In this document: positions 48,141 to 58,744 of the stretch, in pieces | Layout of the letters: each line of letters begins with the position of its first letter | Position numbering within the stretch: position 1 is the stretch's first letter | Source: Rhynchopus sp. YZ270_cl-10 | Lineage: Eukaryota | DNA: 64,000 nt | Direction: 5' to 3' | Assembly (NCBI GenBank): GCA_964035575.1 | Contig: OZ037848.1 | Location: forward strand, 1 to 64,000 | Notes under the pieces: model-generated | What the model was told of the DNA's origin: nothing | Databases searched by the model: none | Seen by the model: the letters and a program-made list of their open reading frames with translations, nothing else | Position numbers and translations under genes: made by a program

Positions 48141-49014
48141 TTGAAAACTTCGTTGTATGAGGGTCGACACCCGAGATGAGCTCCACTATTTTTTCTTCAG
48201 CCTTCTCAAAAAAATTGAGAGAAATTTAAAGTCAAAATAGACAAACCATCAAAACAGCATGCTAGAATGGTATTTAAGTTAAGTTATTTTTGCTTTTGCT
48301 TTTGAAAACTTGGTTCTATTAGTGTATACACCCGAGGATGTGCTCCACTATACAAAACGCTTGTTTTTACTTTGTTGTGTACACATTTGTTTTTTGCCTT
48401 TTTCTCCTGTGTAAATTGCAGCTGGCGCCTTAACGGATGCGGATGCACACAACAGACAGGTGTGCCCCCAAAAAACCAACAGGAAAAGGATTTGAAAAAA
48501 TGAAGAGAAAGAAAACTTGAAGCGACGCACGCACCTGAAGGTGTACACATCTGACAGAAAAAAAAAACTTGAAAAACAGACTAAAAAGAACGCGTCCTAA
48601 TGAAGACAACATTTTTTTCTTTGGGGGGAGGGAAACCCCCTAACAAAACTAGGGGGGGAAGTGGTAGGTGCCATCGACACCTCAACGGGGGCAGACACAA
48701 AGGCACAAGACGGGGGGTTTTGAATGCACCTTGGACACATACACATTTTCATAAAAAAACACACAACCTGAATGTGACCCTCACGCACACCCATATAAAA
48801 AGGGGGGGGGAGCTGAAAGCACACAACCCACACTGCTGGATACACGAAAGAAAGAAAACCGGGAAGATGAATGTGTCTCGCGCGAACCCATCGAAGAAAA
48901 GGTACGCCACCCTGCCCAAAAGGTGCATAAGACCGAACCCTCCTTTCTTTGTTTCTTTTTTTTTTTTTTTTTGAAAACTTGGTTGCATTAGTGCCCGAGG
49001 ATGAACTCCACTAT
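48141..49014 (-). repeat. Three copies (48141-48189, 48301-48351, 48971-49014) of a ~50-bp dispersed element; further copies at 37943-37993 and, inverted, ~59726-59767
   Basis: Plus-strand consensus TTTGAAAACTTGGTTGTATTAGTG(n)CCCGAGGATG(A/T)GCTCCACTAT. Confidence 0.85.
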
Positions 49015-49030
49015 ACGTTTTTACATTTTT

Positions 49031-51514
49031 TTATGCCTGCGCCACCCTGAACGTCATATTCAACTGCGGTGTGAACAGATTGATGTAGAATCTCTCCCTC
49101 TCTGTGGCAGCCTCTCTGAACTTCGGTACGTTCATTTCTTCTGACCCGGCGATTTTTTCTAGGGTTACTACGTGGAGGGGAGCACCGTTGAGCACTTGTG
49201 CACGGTGCACACGCGAGAGAAGGTGCTTGAGACGACGACTGTGGTGCGACGAAATGCTGAAGTGTCGCATCGCACGCTCGATCGACGTTTGGTACGTCTG
49301 TCCCACATAGAGCACGTGCCCAGCCTCGCTGACCAGTGCATAGATCACACCGTTGTCGGTGTAGGAAGGTGCAGGCCCGATGCGTTCCCTTTCAAGAAGA
49401 CTGCCGTAGTGCTCATGGAAGCGTGCAGCGACAACGTTGTTGCGGGCCAACCACTTCCCCTTAGCCTGTGCAACAGCGTCCCTCTTCGCCTTGGATCGCT
49501 TTTTGGCGCATTTCTGAATCGCGCGAACAGGACGGTCCGGTTCGCTTCCGAAATTGCCACGTCGGTTGTGCAGAGGGATGCCACTCTCCTCGCTCTCTTG
49601 GATGAGGCTGCGAGTAAGACGTTCACGCTCCTCAGCACTGCGCACCTGCACCTCGTTCACGATACGCACGTTCTTGCCAGAGGGTTTCGTTTTGGTCACA
49701 CCAATGAAGATAGGCTCGCCAGATGTGTTGTGCATTTCCCATACAAAGTGCGTCGTCCCCTCTCGGGCACGGCGCATGGCAAGCGTCTCCCGTCTGTGGT
49801 TCAGAAGCGTCCTCCCGTTCACCTCCCGTTCATTGATGAGATCCGCTCTCAGCTTGTGCATCTCCTTGACGGAAGAAAACTTGACATGCTTCACAACACG
49901 CAGGTCACGCTCTGGCGTTAGAATGCCACGCTTCGTCAGAGTGCCTTTGACAGAATTCGTGACCCTGGTGATGCCAAGGTATACTGGGTCGCCTGAGTCG
50001 CGCTCCACCACTTCATAGACGTAGTGTGTGTTCTCGTCGACCTGGGGGACGAGTGCGGAGCGTACGTTGTAGAGCTTGTGTCCGGCAGACAGGGATTCAC
50101 GCATGAGCGCGGTGCGCAAGTTTGTGGCCTCCCTTTTAGCATTGCCAGCATCCACTTCACAACGTTGCAGGACAACAAAGCGGCGTTCTGCAGTGAGTAT
50201 ACCACGGCTTTTGAGATGGTCGCGTGCAACGCGCGTGGACATTGCAACGGAAATAAAGACACGATTTCCATCAGGATCGACAACCGCGCATGCATAGTAC
50301 GTCAGTGTTCGTTTAGCGACTGCAGTGGTGTCAGCGGTCTCAGTCTCCGCAACCTCAGTCTTATAACTGTGTTGCACATTCTCCGGGAGCTCCATCGGAT
50401 ATGTCATCTCCTTCTTCTTCAACTGTTTTCTGTACGACACCACGTCGTCTTCCTTCAGGTGCACCGTATCTATGACCCTCATCTTGCGCGATTTCGTCAG
50501 CATCCCCGCCTTTTGGAGTTCATACTTCGCAGATTTGATCATTTTAGTGATGCCCACGGAGACGCGGTTGCTAGGGTCGTTCCTCTCAATCACCTCGTAG
50601 ATGAAGTAGGGCTCACTTCTCCAGGACATGGCGTCCAGGCTGAGGCCGCCCTCAACGTGTTTTGGAAGTTTGACTGCGTGGAGGTAGTGCGGTGTTTCCT
50701 TGATGCCACGACGTTTCAGCTGGTCTTGTGCGTCTTCCAAGGTGGGGGCGAAGACGAGAGGCACCTTGTGGTTGGTCGTCCAGAAGACAAGGTGCGTAAA
50801 TCCGCGGAATTTGTTGAGGAGCGACTCGCCACGTGCCACAGCGGCAGCCACCTCTGTTGTCCGCACCTTCTCCGCCCGACGGCGGGTGTCTCCCGTCTTG
50901 ATCGACACACAACGGATGATGCCCGCCGCATTCCGCGTCCCACCCTGCCGAAACACAAACCTCTGGTACGCACTCGACACATTCTTCGCAACACCAATGA
51001 AATGCGACCCGCCCTGGTTCGTCAGTTTGTACACATAATGCGTGAAGTCTCTCCCCTTTGCGGCGTACTTGAAGAACTTCTTCTTTTTGTTGCACTTCGC
51101 GCCGTGCTTTTTGATGAGCGCACAGCGGAGCGCGCAGACCTCTCTGTTGTTCCGTAGGTGTGCGGTGTGAAGCAGGGTGAGGTGTGCCTGGGGGCGCTTG
51201 GTGACGCTGATGTACTCCGCAAGGCCGTTGTGCATCCGTGCGTAGACTCCATGCCGGTTGGGTGGGTGGTGCTCGACACGTCCAGTGGACAGGCGTGTCA
51301 TAATGCTATCCTTAATCTCGTCACTGAGAACAGGTTGACGGTTGTCCACTTTCTTTTTTCTCGGCTCGACACTAAGATTCGTACCTCCCAGACATAACGA
51401 GTCACTCACCCGCACCTTCTTGCACGTGGCATTGGAAACAACACGGGCTGACTGCTTGAGAGAAGCCTTTCTGCGGAGGAGCTGTGTCAGCTCCTTCAGC
51501 GCCTGGCCCACCAT
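49031..51514 (-). CDS. Tandem GIY-YIG domain protein (827 aa): ~7 degenerate GIY-YIG repeats plus one intact C-terminal GIY-YIG nuclease
   Basis: Repeated (H/Y)YVY…(Y/F)(I/L)G(I/V)T…L.N motifs. C-terminal GVIY…LYVGQT…ER..RH…ERERFYI…PQLN. NLS-like PRKKKV at aa 51-56. Confidence 0.82.
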   Translation of the reverse strand: MVGQALKELTQLLRRKASLKQSARVVSNATCKKVRVSDSLCLGGTNLSVEPRKKKVDNRQPVLSDEIKDSIMTRLSTGRVEHHPPNRHGVYARMHNGLAEYISVTKRPQAHLTLLHTAHLRNNREVCALRCALIKKHGAKCNKKKKFFKYAAKGRDFTHYVYKLTNQGGSHFIGVAKNVSSAYQRFVFRQGGTRNAAGIIRCVSIKTGDTRRRAEKVRTTEVAAAVARGESLLNKFRGFTHLVFWTTNHKVPLVFAPTLEDAQDQLKRRGIKETPHYLHAVKLPKHVEGGLSLDAMSWRSEPYFIYEVIERNDPSNRVSVGITKMIKSAKYELQKAGMLTKSRKMRVIDTVHLKEDDVVSYRKQLKKKEMTYPMELPENVQHSYKTEVAETETADTTAVAKRTLTYYACAVVDPDGNRVFISVAMSTRVARDHLKSRGILTAERRFVVLQRCEVDAGNAKREATNLRTALMRESLSAGHKLYNVRSALVPQVDENTHYVYEVVERDSGDPVYLGITRVTNSVKGTLTKRGILTPERDLRVVKHVKFSSVKEMHKLRADLINEREVNGRTLLNHRRETLAMRRAREGTTHFVWEMHNTSGEPIFIGVTKTKPSGKNVRIVNEVQVRSAEERERLTRSLIQESEESGIPLHNRRGNFGSEPDRPVRAIQKCAKKRSKAKRDAVAQAKGKWLARNNVVAARFHEHYGSLLERERIGPAPSYTDNGVIYALVSEAGHVLYVGQTYQTSIERAMRHFSISSHHSRRLKHLLSRVHRAQVLNGAPLHVVTLEKIAGSEEMNVPKFREAATERERFYINLFTPQLNMTFRVAQA

Positions 51515-51734
51515 AAGAAAAGAAAAAAAAGGGTGTAAAGAATATCCTGTGTGAAGCGATACAACAAAAAATGTGAGAGGAAAACAGAAGAATTGAAAAC
51601 TGAACGCCCTGTCTTTTCAAAAAAAATATATATATTGCAAAATATCCCCCCTCCCTCACCCCCTACATTTACCCTCACCTCGCCAGGATGACGTACCCCA
51701 CAAGCACTGATCTCTCGGAACACCACACTGTCGT

Positions 51735-52925
51735 TCACCGCGCGACCAGGGGGTTCTGTGAGTCCGGTGCCCCTTTAGGGGTGTAGGCTGTGGAGCAGGA
51801 ATCGCCAAGGCCTCGCGCACTGCCGCCGATCTCGAAGGGAGATGTGGGAAGGTCTTCCAGCGAGTGGGTGTGGACGAGGAAGCGTGCGTGGGCGGGGCAG
51901 GTTGCGGCAGTGAGGGCACTGCGTGCGACGCTGCGCAGGGGGAACCTTAGACGGAATGCGGTGGCGCGGGTCATGATCACCGACCCCTCCTCCTGCGCTA
52001 CCTCGCTCCCTGCAAGGAAGGCCACCACCGCTGCGCTCAACGGCGCACCACAATGCACCGTCCGCACGACACGCACCAAACACTCAACACGCCACCCCTC
52101 GCGATCCACCATCTCCACCACCGCCCCACTCTCTACCCCAGCACACATCCCCAACAACACCTCCCACAGCACACCCTCCACCGGCAGGTACAACCCCCGC
52201 AACGTATACCAATCCTCTGCAGTAAACTCATCAGGGAATGTCGTCGTCCCCGCCACCTCCGCAGCGCTGGCGGCCAGGGGGACCGGCACCATGACAGGGT
52301 TGGTGACACAACAGATGGGGCGGCCGGTTCCGAGGTTGACTGCTGCAGAGAGGAGGATGCCGGGGCCGAGAGTCTTGGAGGTGATGGAGTGGATAGTGAC
52401 GCCCCCCAGGAGAACCTGGCGGACGTTGTCTTCGAAGGGGAGGTAGGTGGAGAGGGTGGGGGGGTGGCGTGGGTCGAGGGTGGCGGTGTCGGCAAGCACT
52501 TCCGCAGAGGTCATGCCTTCGTCACGGCGGCGTTGTGCGTCGTCCAGGGTTGCCTGCGCAGTGAGGGTGTCACGGTGGTCGATCTCAAATGTGTTCGCCA
52601 GATGCGCTGCCACCGTGGCAAGCGCCTCACGCGAAGTGCTCGCACTCCGATGATGCGACATTATCGCGACACTGCAGTACGCACCATTCGCAACACTGCA
52701 ATGAAACGCCGCAGTGCCTATCCGCAACTCAGAGGCATCAGGAAAGCGGAGCAACACCTGGTGGCCGACAACAAGCTTCGCTGCGCTTGGGGTGTCCCAA
52801 TCCGCAGGGCAATGCGGCTTGGCTGGGGAGGCGCTGTCAGGCCAATAATTCAGCAGCACGTTCCCCGTCCTACTGAGGATCATCACACAGAGCACCTCCC
52901 CAGCCTTCACGTCAGCGTAAGGCAT
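51735..52925 (-). CDS. Hypothetical protein, N-terminal longin-like domain
   Basis: 'VLCVMILSRTGNVLLNYW' beta-hairpin start, then beta strands and helix 'ALATVAAHLANTFE', typical of the longin/Mon1-Ccz1 fold; by-eye only. Confidence 0.6.
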   Translation of the reverse strand: MPYADVKAGEVLCVMILSRTGNVLLNYWPDSASPAKPHCPADWDTPSAAKLVVGHQVLLRFPDASELRIGTAAFHCSVANGAYCSVAIMSHHRSASTSREALATVAAHLANTFEIDHRDTLTAQATLDDAQRRRDEGMTSAEVLADTATLDPRHPPTLSTYLPFEDNVRQVLLGGVTIHSITSKTLGPGILLSAAVNLGTGRPICCVTNPVMVPVPLAASAAEVAGTTTFPDEFTAEDWYTLRGLYLPVEGVLWEVLLGMCAGVESGAVVEMVDREGWRVECLVRVVRTVHCGAPLSAAVVAFLAGSEVAQEEGSVIMTRATAFRLRFPLRSVARSALTAATCPAHARFLVHTHSLEDLPTSPFEIGGSARGLGDSCSTAYTPKGAPDSQNPLVAR

Positions 52926-53715
52926 TCAAATAGAAGTTGGAAAATGCCACCTAAATGCCAGTGAAGATCGCCGAAGGCTTAAGGGGGAGTGTACATCAGA
53001 AGAAGGGTGTGAATGGGTTTTTATGAAGTTTTTTTATCGGTTTGCTTTGTGCTGGGTAGAGGGGTAGAGGGGTAGAGGGTATAGAGGGGTGTGTAGAATA
53101 GTGTCTGGTTCGTGTGGGTTGGTTTGAGAGGGGAAGAAGGGGGGGGCTACAGTTGAATAGGAAAGAAAAGAACTGGTAGTATTGTTGATAAGGCACCTCC
53201 GACTGACCCACGTACGCCATCTCATCCGGAAAGCGCAAAAGAAATGTTTTGTGGGATGCACCGAAGCCTCTCTGTGCTCAGTAAAAAAAAATTGATCATA
53301 ATCGTTATCGCACAGCAAATGAGGCGCGGGAAAGAGGTGAAAACTGTAGGGGTATTTTTTTTTTGTGCAGCAATGCTGCTCTTTTATCGCTTCGTACGAT
53401 AGCATGACCAAGGAGGGTGTGTAAGATTGTTGCATTTCTTTGGTGTGAAGACAGAAGAGAGGATGCTACAGAAACGGATGAACCTCACAAAAAATGAGAC
53501 AAAAAAAATAAATCAGGAAAAACTCTCTCTGCCTTGTTCTTTTTATCCATTCACTGTCATTTCATTTTTTTTTTTTCTAATTGCAAAAACCCTTCCCAAT
53601 CCCCGTCCCCCGGTCCCTTCGTTTCGTTGTAATTTTATGTAACCACACTGTAAACAGAACACAATAGCAGCCAAAAAATCAGCGGGTTCGAAAACCACAC
53701 TTTTTTTTAGTACTC

Positions 53716-54772
53716 CTAGAACTTGAACACATCGTTCTCAGAGTACCCTGCCGACTTCAGAAGCCCTGCAAGCTCGCCCTGGGTGGGCGGCCCTCCCTTC
53801 ACGAATTCCTTGTCTCCTGAGACGTGCTTCATCATTCCGGGTGGGCCGCAGACGAAGATCTTACCTGCCCCAGGCTTGGGCATGTAAGTCTCCATGTGGG
53901 CGGGTGTCACAAACCCGATGGACTGCTGCCACGAGAAGGTGGCCTCCTGCACGACGAAGTGCACCCGCAAGCGCGGGTACTCGCGCTCAAGCATCTCAAG
54001 CTCCTTCTTGAGCAGGATGTCCTCCTCGGAGCGGTTCGCGTAGACAAGCGACAGCTGCGTCTTGTCGCCAGCGTTGCGCAGCAGGTGCTGGATGATCTGG
54101 TACATGGGGGTGATGCCGGTCCCGCCAGCGACCATCCCAATGTGCGGGATCTGTGGAGGTAGTTAATTGTAGTACAACGACATGGCTAGGGTGGGGCGGG
54201 AGAGTCTTGCAGTTGGAACATACTTCATTCGGCTGGATGTCGTACTTCTTGAAGGGTCCCTTCATCTCGACGCCTGCGCCGACGGGGAGCTCATGGAAGT
54301 GTGTGCCCATCTTGCCGCCGGGGTACTTCTTGATGAGCAGGTCGAAAGAGCCGTTCTGCTCGGGCTGGGAGATGGGGGTGTAGGGGCGGATCACATTCTT
54401 GCCGTCGGGGCCTTTGCATCTGCGGGTGTGGGGGTTAGTGGACTGCTTTCAAATAGGCATGGCCAAGATCAGTGCGAGGGGTTTATCTGGGACATACTTG
54501 GTTACTATGATACCTGCAACTTCCATGCCCATTCTCTGTGCGTTGTGCTGCAGGTAGAAGGTGAGCTGCTGTGTGTCGGGCGACACTTGGCGTCTGTTCG
54601 CCAGCTTAAATTCACGGAACTCTTTTGGGCTGTGAGTTTTTAATTGGTTTAATTTTCTCTAAGCGCCACTGTCATACCTGAAACCATGATCGTGCTCGTA
54701 CGCAAAGGCAGACGACGTGGCTCCGAACGTAAGCCCTGCACCCACCAGCCCCGCACCCAATTTTCTGAACAT
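53716..54772 (-). CDS. CYB5R: NADH-cytochrome b5 reductase (probably mitochondrial outer-membrane type); 4 exons
   Basis: VIRPYTP, KKYPGGKMG, KGP, IGMVAGGTGITPMYQ, YANRSEEDILLK, IFVCGPPGMM, GYSENDVFKF. Three GT-AG introns (54677-54630, ~54497-54420 with CTAAC branch, ~54223-54151). Confidence 0.95.
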
Positions 54773-55449
54773 TGTGTCTGTGTGTTGCTGTTGATGAGAA
54801 GTGTTGCATACCATCGCACCATCACATTGCTGCCCCCAGACCACAACAAGGACGACGTAGGACTGCGGTGGCAGTGCCTCCCCTCCTCCCCTCCAAAAAG
54901 GAGTGACTGAATGCGAAGAAGCATAGGTAGCATGACCACAACCATGACGCACAATGAAAGCAGTAGCTGACACGGAAGACTTCGCAACCCAGAAGGGAAA
55001 AAAACGGGTTTGCAGAGTACAAACGAAACAATGCCTACACCCGTGTCAGAATTTTGAATCCGCTTGACAATGCACACACAAAAAAGCCCCAAAAAAGTAC
55101 AATATCCTCCAATAGGCATTTATGTGTAAACAAAAATGCACTCTTGATGGGTACCACACAACTCACATCAACGCATACAAATGAAACCCCATAAAACAAA
55201 TGATAGAGACAGTGCTGGACCACTCACAACATTACATCTTTATAAACCCTCCTACCCCACCCCCACCAGCGGAAAGATACAAAACCTTTCCAGGAAACTC
55301 CACCACCCAACCTTTCCCCTCACCATAAGAATATACGAAGGTGTCTGCACCTCAAGCAGGGCAAAGCCTCTTAGTAGTGGCGAGACGACTCCAATGACAA
55401 TTTAACGTCATTTTTGCTAAACCTTCCCTCCCTCCCCTCCCTTCCCCCC

Positions 55450-56487
55450 CTATCGCTCTTCGGCCATTAGCATGTACCCAAAGGTGTCGCAGGTGGTCAA
55501 CTCCCCTGCGGAAGCTAGCACTGTTGCCACCTCTTGCACACACGCGGTGAGGCGCTCAGGTTGCACCTGCTGTGCTGTATCGAGATATGCCCTGCAGGCA
55601 AGCCGTGCACGGGTCCGGTCTGTCTCCCAGGGCTTGTAGAGGCCGGCCCCCATGGCGTACACACCGTGCACCCACGTGCACAGCGAACCTGCCGCACGGC
55701 ACTGCTGCACCATCTGTGCAATACCCACCTCCGAGTCATGCACAAACGGTGCAAGCCGCTCCACAAGCCTTGTCGTGAGACGACTCCGATCAAACGACGT
55801 CATCTTCTGGCAGAACACTGATGTATCCTTCGCAAGCACCAAGAAATCACGCCACGACGGGCGACGCACACCAAAACACAACGCAACACAGCGGAACAGC
55901 CTTTGCAAGGCTGCCGTCGCATGCGTCACCTTGCGCAGCTCGTCGATGTCGCTTCGACGGACCGAACTGACCATCTGCTCTGCCTCAGCCATGGACGGTG
56001 TTGTATCCTTCTGCGCACGGCTCTCCAGCACCTCCACCACCTGCAACCGATGCAACGCTCTTGACCGTATAATTGGTCTACACCACAGCGCAAGGCGCCA
56101 TCCCCCTAACGCACAGTTTGATAGTTGTGACAATTCCAAAAATTTGAAGATGTGCAGTAAAATCGGTTCGTGCGCAAGACGACGCAACGTGCCCGCCTCT
56201 GTTGTTGTGGTGCGTTTGGATGCCTCCTTATGCGGCTTCGTGCTTTGTGTGGTGTTTGCGTTCACCGTCGTGGTCGGTATGCCAAACAGAGTTGGCAGGT
56301 TGTGTGTTTGGTTCCCTTTGACCTGCCAGCCACCTTCTCGCACGATGTCTAATTGCTGTTCCAGAGCGCGTCGTTGTTGTGCGGTACGTGGTTTGGCGTT
56401 TGTGCGCGACGCGTTGCCCTTCCGTGGAGGCTTCTGCGGGGTATGAGATATGCCAGCATAGAACAGCGCAACGGCATTTTGAACCAT
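55450..56487 (-). CDS. F-box-like motif plus stand-alone dynein heavy chain microtubule-binding (stalk-tip) domain
   Basis: 'LAHEPILLHIFKFLELSQLSNCALGGWRL' (F-box-like). 'PSMAEAEQMVSSVRRSDIDELR…PSW…FCQKMTSFDR…AAGSLCTWVHGVY' matches the dynein MTBD pattern. Confidence 0.78.
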   Translation of the reverse strand: MVQNAVALFYAGISHTPQKPPRKGNASRTNAKPRTAQQRRALEQQLDIVREGGWQVKGNQTHNLPTLFGIPTTTVNANTTQSTKPHKEASKRTTTTEAGTLRRLAHEPILLHIFKFLELSQLSNCALGGWRLALWCRPIIRSRALHRLQVVEVLESRAQKDTTPSMAEAEQMVSSVRRSDIDELRKVTHATAALQRLFRCVALCFGVRRPSWRDFLVLAKDTSVFCQKMTSFDRSRLTTRLVERLAPFVHDSEVGIAQMVQQCRAAGSLCTWVHGVYAMGAGLYKPWETDRTRARLACRAYLDTAQQVQPERLTACVQEVATVLASAGELTTCDTFGYMLMAEER

Positions 56488-57577
56488 CCAAAAAATTAAG
56501 AAAAAAGGTTGGTCAGTGGAAAAGCAAAGGTCACCTAAAAAATAAGAGGTTTACAAGACCCTACCTGCTTAGGTCACCTAAATAAACAGAAGTGGAAAGT
56601 TCAAAATGTAAGAAGCAAAATGGAAAAGAAAAATACAGTTAAAGGATGCGTATGAGCGGTCTCGTGTAAAGGTTACCTGAAGAAGAATAAAGAAGGGAAA
56701 GGGGGGACTAGCGAGAAGTGTTATGTGAGGACATAAAAGTTAGGAAAAAAAATGTGCTGCAAAAGGGTACCGGCTAGGGTTGAGCATCTTCTCAAATATA
56801 CATTTCTGCAGCGGAAGACTGACGGGTGCACAACAAGGAAATACGACAGGGAATGCAAACAGGAGAAGGGCAGTAGGCCATGCTAAAACAAAGGGGTGGG
56901 GGTGGGTTCCTTCATCTGCTCCTTATTTTTTTCTTTTTATTTTTTCAAGAAAAAGAAAACTCTGGCTGGCCAGGGGCAGGGTTTGCACCTTTAGGCGATA
57001 AAGTGCGTTCAAATGCGATTATGACAAAGTTGTAAAATGGGAAAGAAGATTGAATTTGTGCAATAATGCCTTCAGCCACACAATAGTCCTCTCGACAGAA
57101 AGAGAACGGAGGGGCACAAGCACCGGGGAAAAAAAAAAGAATCGTTGGTAATGTGAATGCACCACAACCGATAAAGAAAAAGTGAAGTTATTAATGCAGG
57201 CACCTCCGACTGACCCACGTTTTTGGGTTCCTTCATCTGCTCCGTATTTTGTTTTTGTTCTTTTTTTCAAGAAAAGAAAACATTTGCACTGACCTGAAGG
57301 TTGGTTGTGATGCATATCTAGGTCTTGTGACTTTGCATTGTTACACACAGCAAGACCCCTGACTATATCGGTTCGTCCCAGCCTGGAGTCATCACGCTTG
57401 CGAGAAAACGTCCATAAAAAGGAGCAAGACAGTCAGTGGTGAAAATCATACGTACACCCTCCAGGGACAAAAACAAACCTAATTATAGTAATAATAGTAT
57501 AAAAGAACAATAAAACAACATTGAAAAAAAAAGGGGGGGGGGCGCAGCCTGAGTAATAAAAAAGGGGGGTTTTCGGC

Positions 57578-58438
57578 CCAAAAAGCCCCGACCCCAGACC
57601 CCCGGCCACAACCTAGTGCGTAATAAGGGGATGGGGTAGTACTGCACCCAAAACCCCGTTTTTCGGCGTTTCCGGAGTCCACCCAGAAAGTGGTGGGGCC
57701 ATTCTGAAAAAATGGACAAGTTTTTCGGTGTTTAAATTTTCACGACTTTTCTTGGGTACAGTTTTACGTGTGCTTTTCCGGGGCCCCATCTCGAAAAGGG
57801 TCACACGGGGTATAACTCAGTAGTCCGGCCCCGGCCCCGGCCCTGGCCCTGGCCCTGGCCCTGGCCCTGGCCCTGGCCCTGGCCCCGGCCCCGGCCCCGG
57901 CCCCGGCCCCGGCCCCGGCCCCGGCCCCGGCCCCGGCCCCGGCCCCGGCCCCGGCCCCGGCCCCGGCCCCGGCCCCGGCCCCGGCCCCGGCCCCGGCCCC
58001 GGCCCCGGCCCCGGCCCCGGCCCCGGCCCCGGCCCCGGCCCGGATGCTGAAAACATGAAAGTGCCCGAAAACACCGGCATTTGCATTTTCGGAATCCGTC
58101 CGTTCTGTGGTGGGGTCAATTTGCTGAAATGGACAAGTTCTTGGTTTTGGTCAAAATCCATGTAGGGTAAAGAGGGCCAAGGTAAATACCACAACCCAGA
58201 TTTTCTCACCCTGATGCTGAAAACATGAAAATGCCCGAAAACATCGGCATTTGCATTTCCGGAATCCGCCCGTTCTGTGGTGGGGTATATACAGAAAAAT
58301 GGACAAAATTTTAATGACTAAAATTTTCACAAAATATGAACCCATACCCAATACAAGGGTAAATGACAAAAATTACCATAAAACCCCCCAAAACCCAAAA
58401 GCCCAGACCCCAGGCCACCTTCCTTATTACGCACCCTG
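57578..58438. mobile_element. Composite repetitive element (possible degenerate MITE) with internal subrepeats
   Basis: 13-bp IR GTGCGTAATAAGG (57616-57628) / CCTTATTACGCAC (58422-58434); ~75-bp direct repeats at 58043 and 58213; GTGGTGGGG…AAATGGACAA three times; no clear TSD. Confidence 0.45.
57825..58043 (-). repeat. (GGGGCC)n/(AGGGCC)n hexamer array, ~36 units
   Basis: CCCCGG/CCCTGG tandem on + strand. Confidence 0.97.
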
Positions 58439-58744
58439 GGGGGGCGATGCACAGCGCCTCTGGGACGCGGACACTGACATTCTGAGGAGAGAGCGAAATC
58501 ACAATTGCTTTCAGAAAACTGAAGGCATACAGACAGACATTGCAGTCTGATTTGGTGCAAAAAAATAATAATTTGCAGCACCCGTTCTGTTGAGACAAGC
58601 TGCATCATCAATTCAGGAAAAGTGTGAATAGAAGTTCGTTAGAAAGGGTTTGAAGTGTATAAGAACCTTTTTAACCCATGGGTGTTATTTGAGTAATAAG
58701 TGATGACTGTGACGTGGAAAAAATAAAAAATTGTGGTGACATAA

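Noticed and set aside
53670..53700. GGTTCGAAAACC B-box-like motif (tRNA?)
   Set aside because: No cloverleaf or A-box context; lies in the 3' region of the reductase gene.
57198..57245. Hammerhead-ribozyme-like string on the minus strand (CAGATGAAGGAACCCAAAAACGTGGGTC)
   Set aside because: Core mismatches (CAGATGA instead of CTGATGA, no GAAA) and no stem I pairing found.
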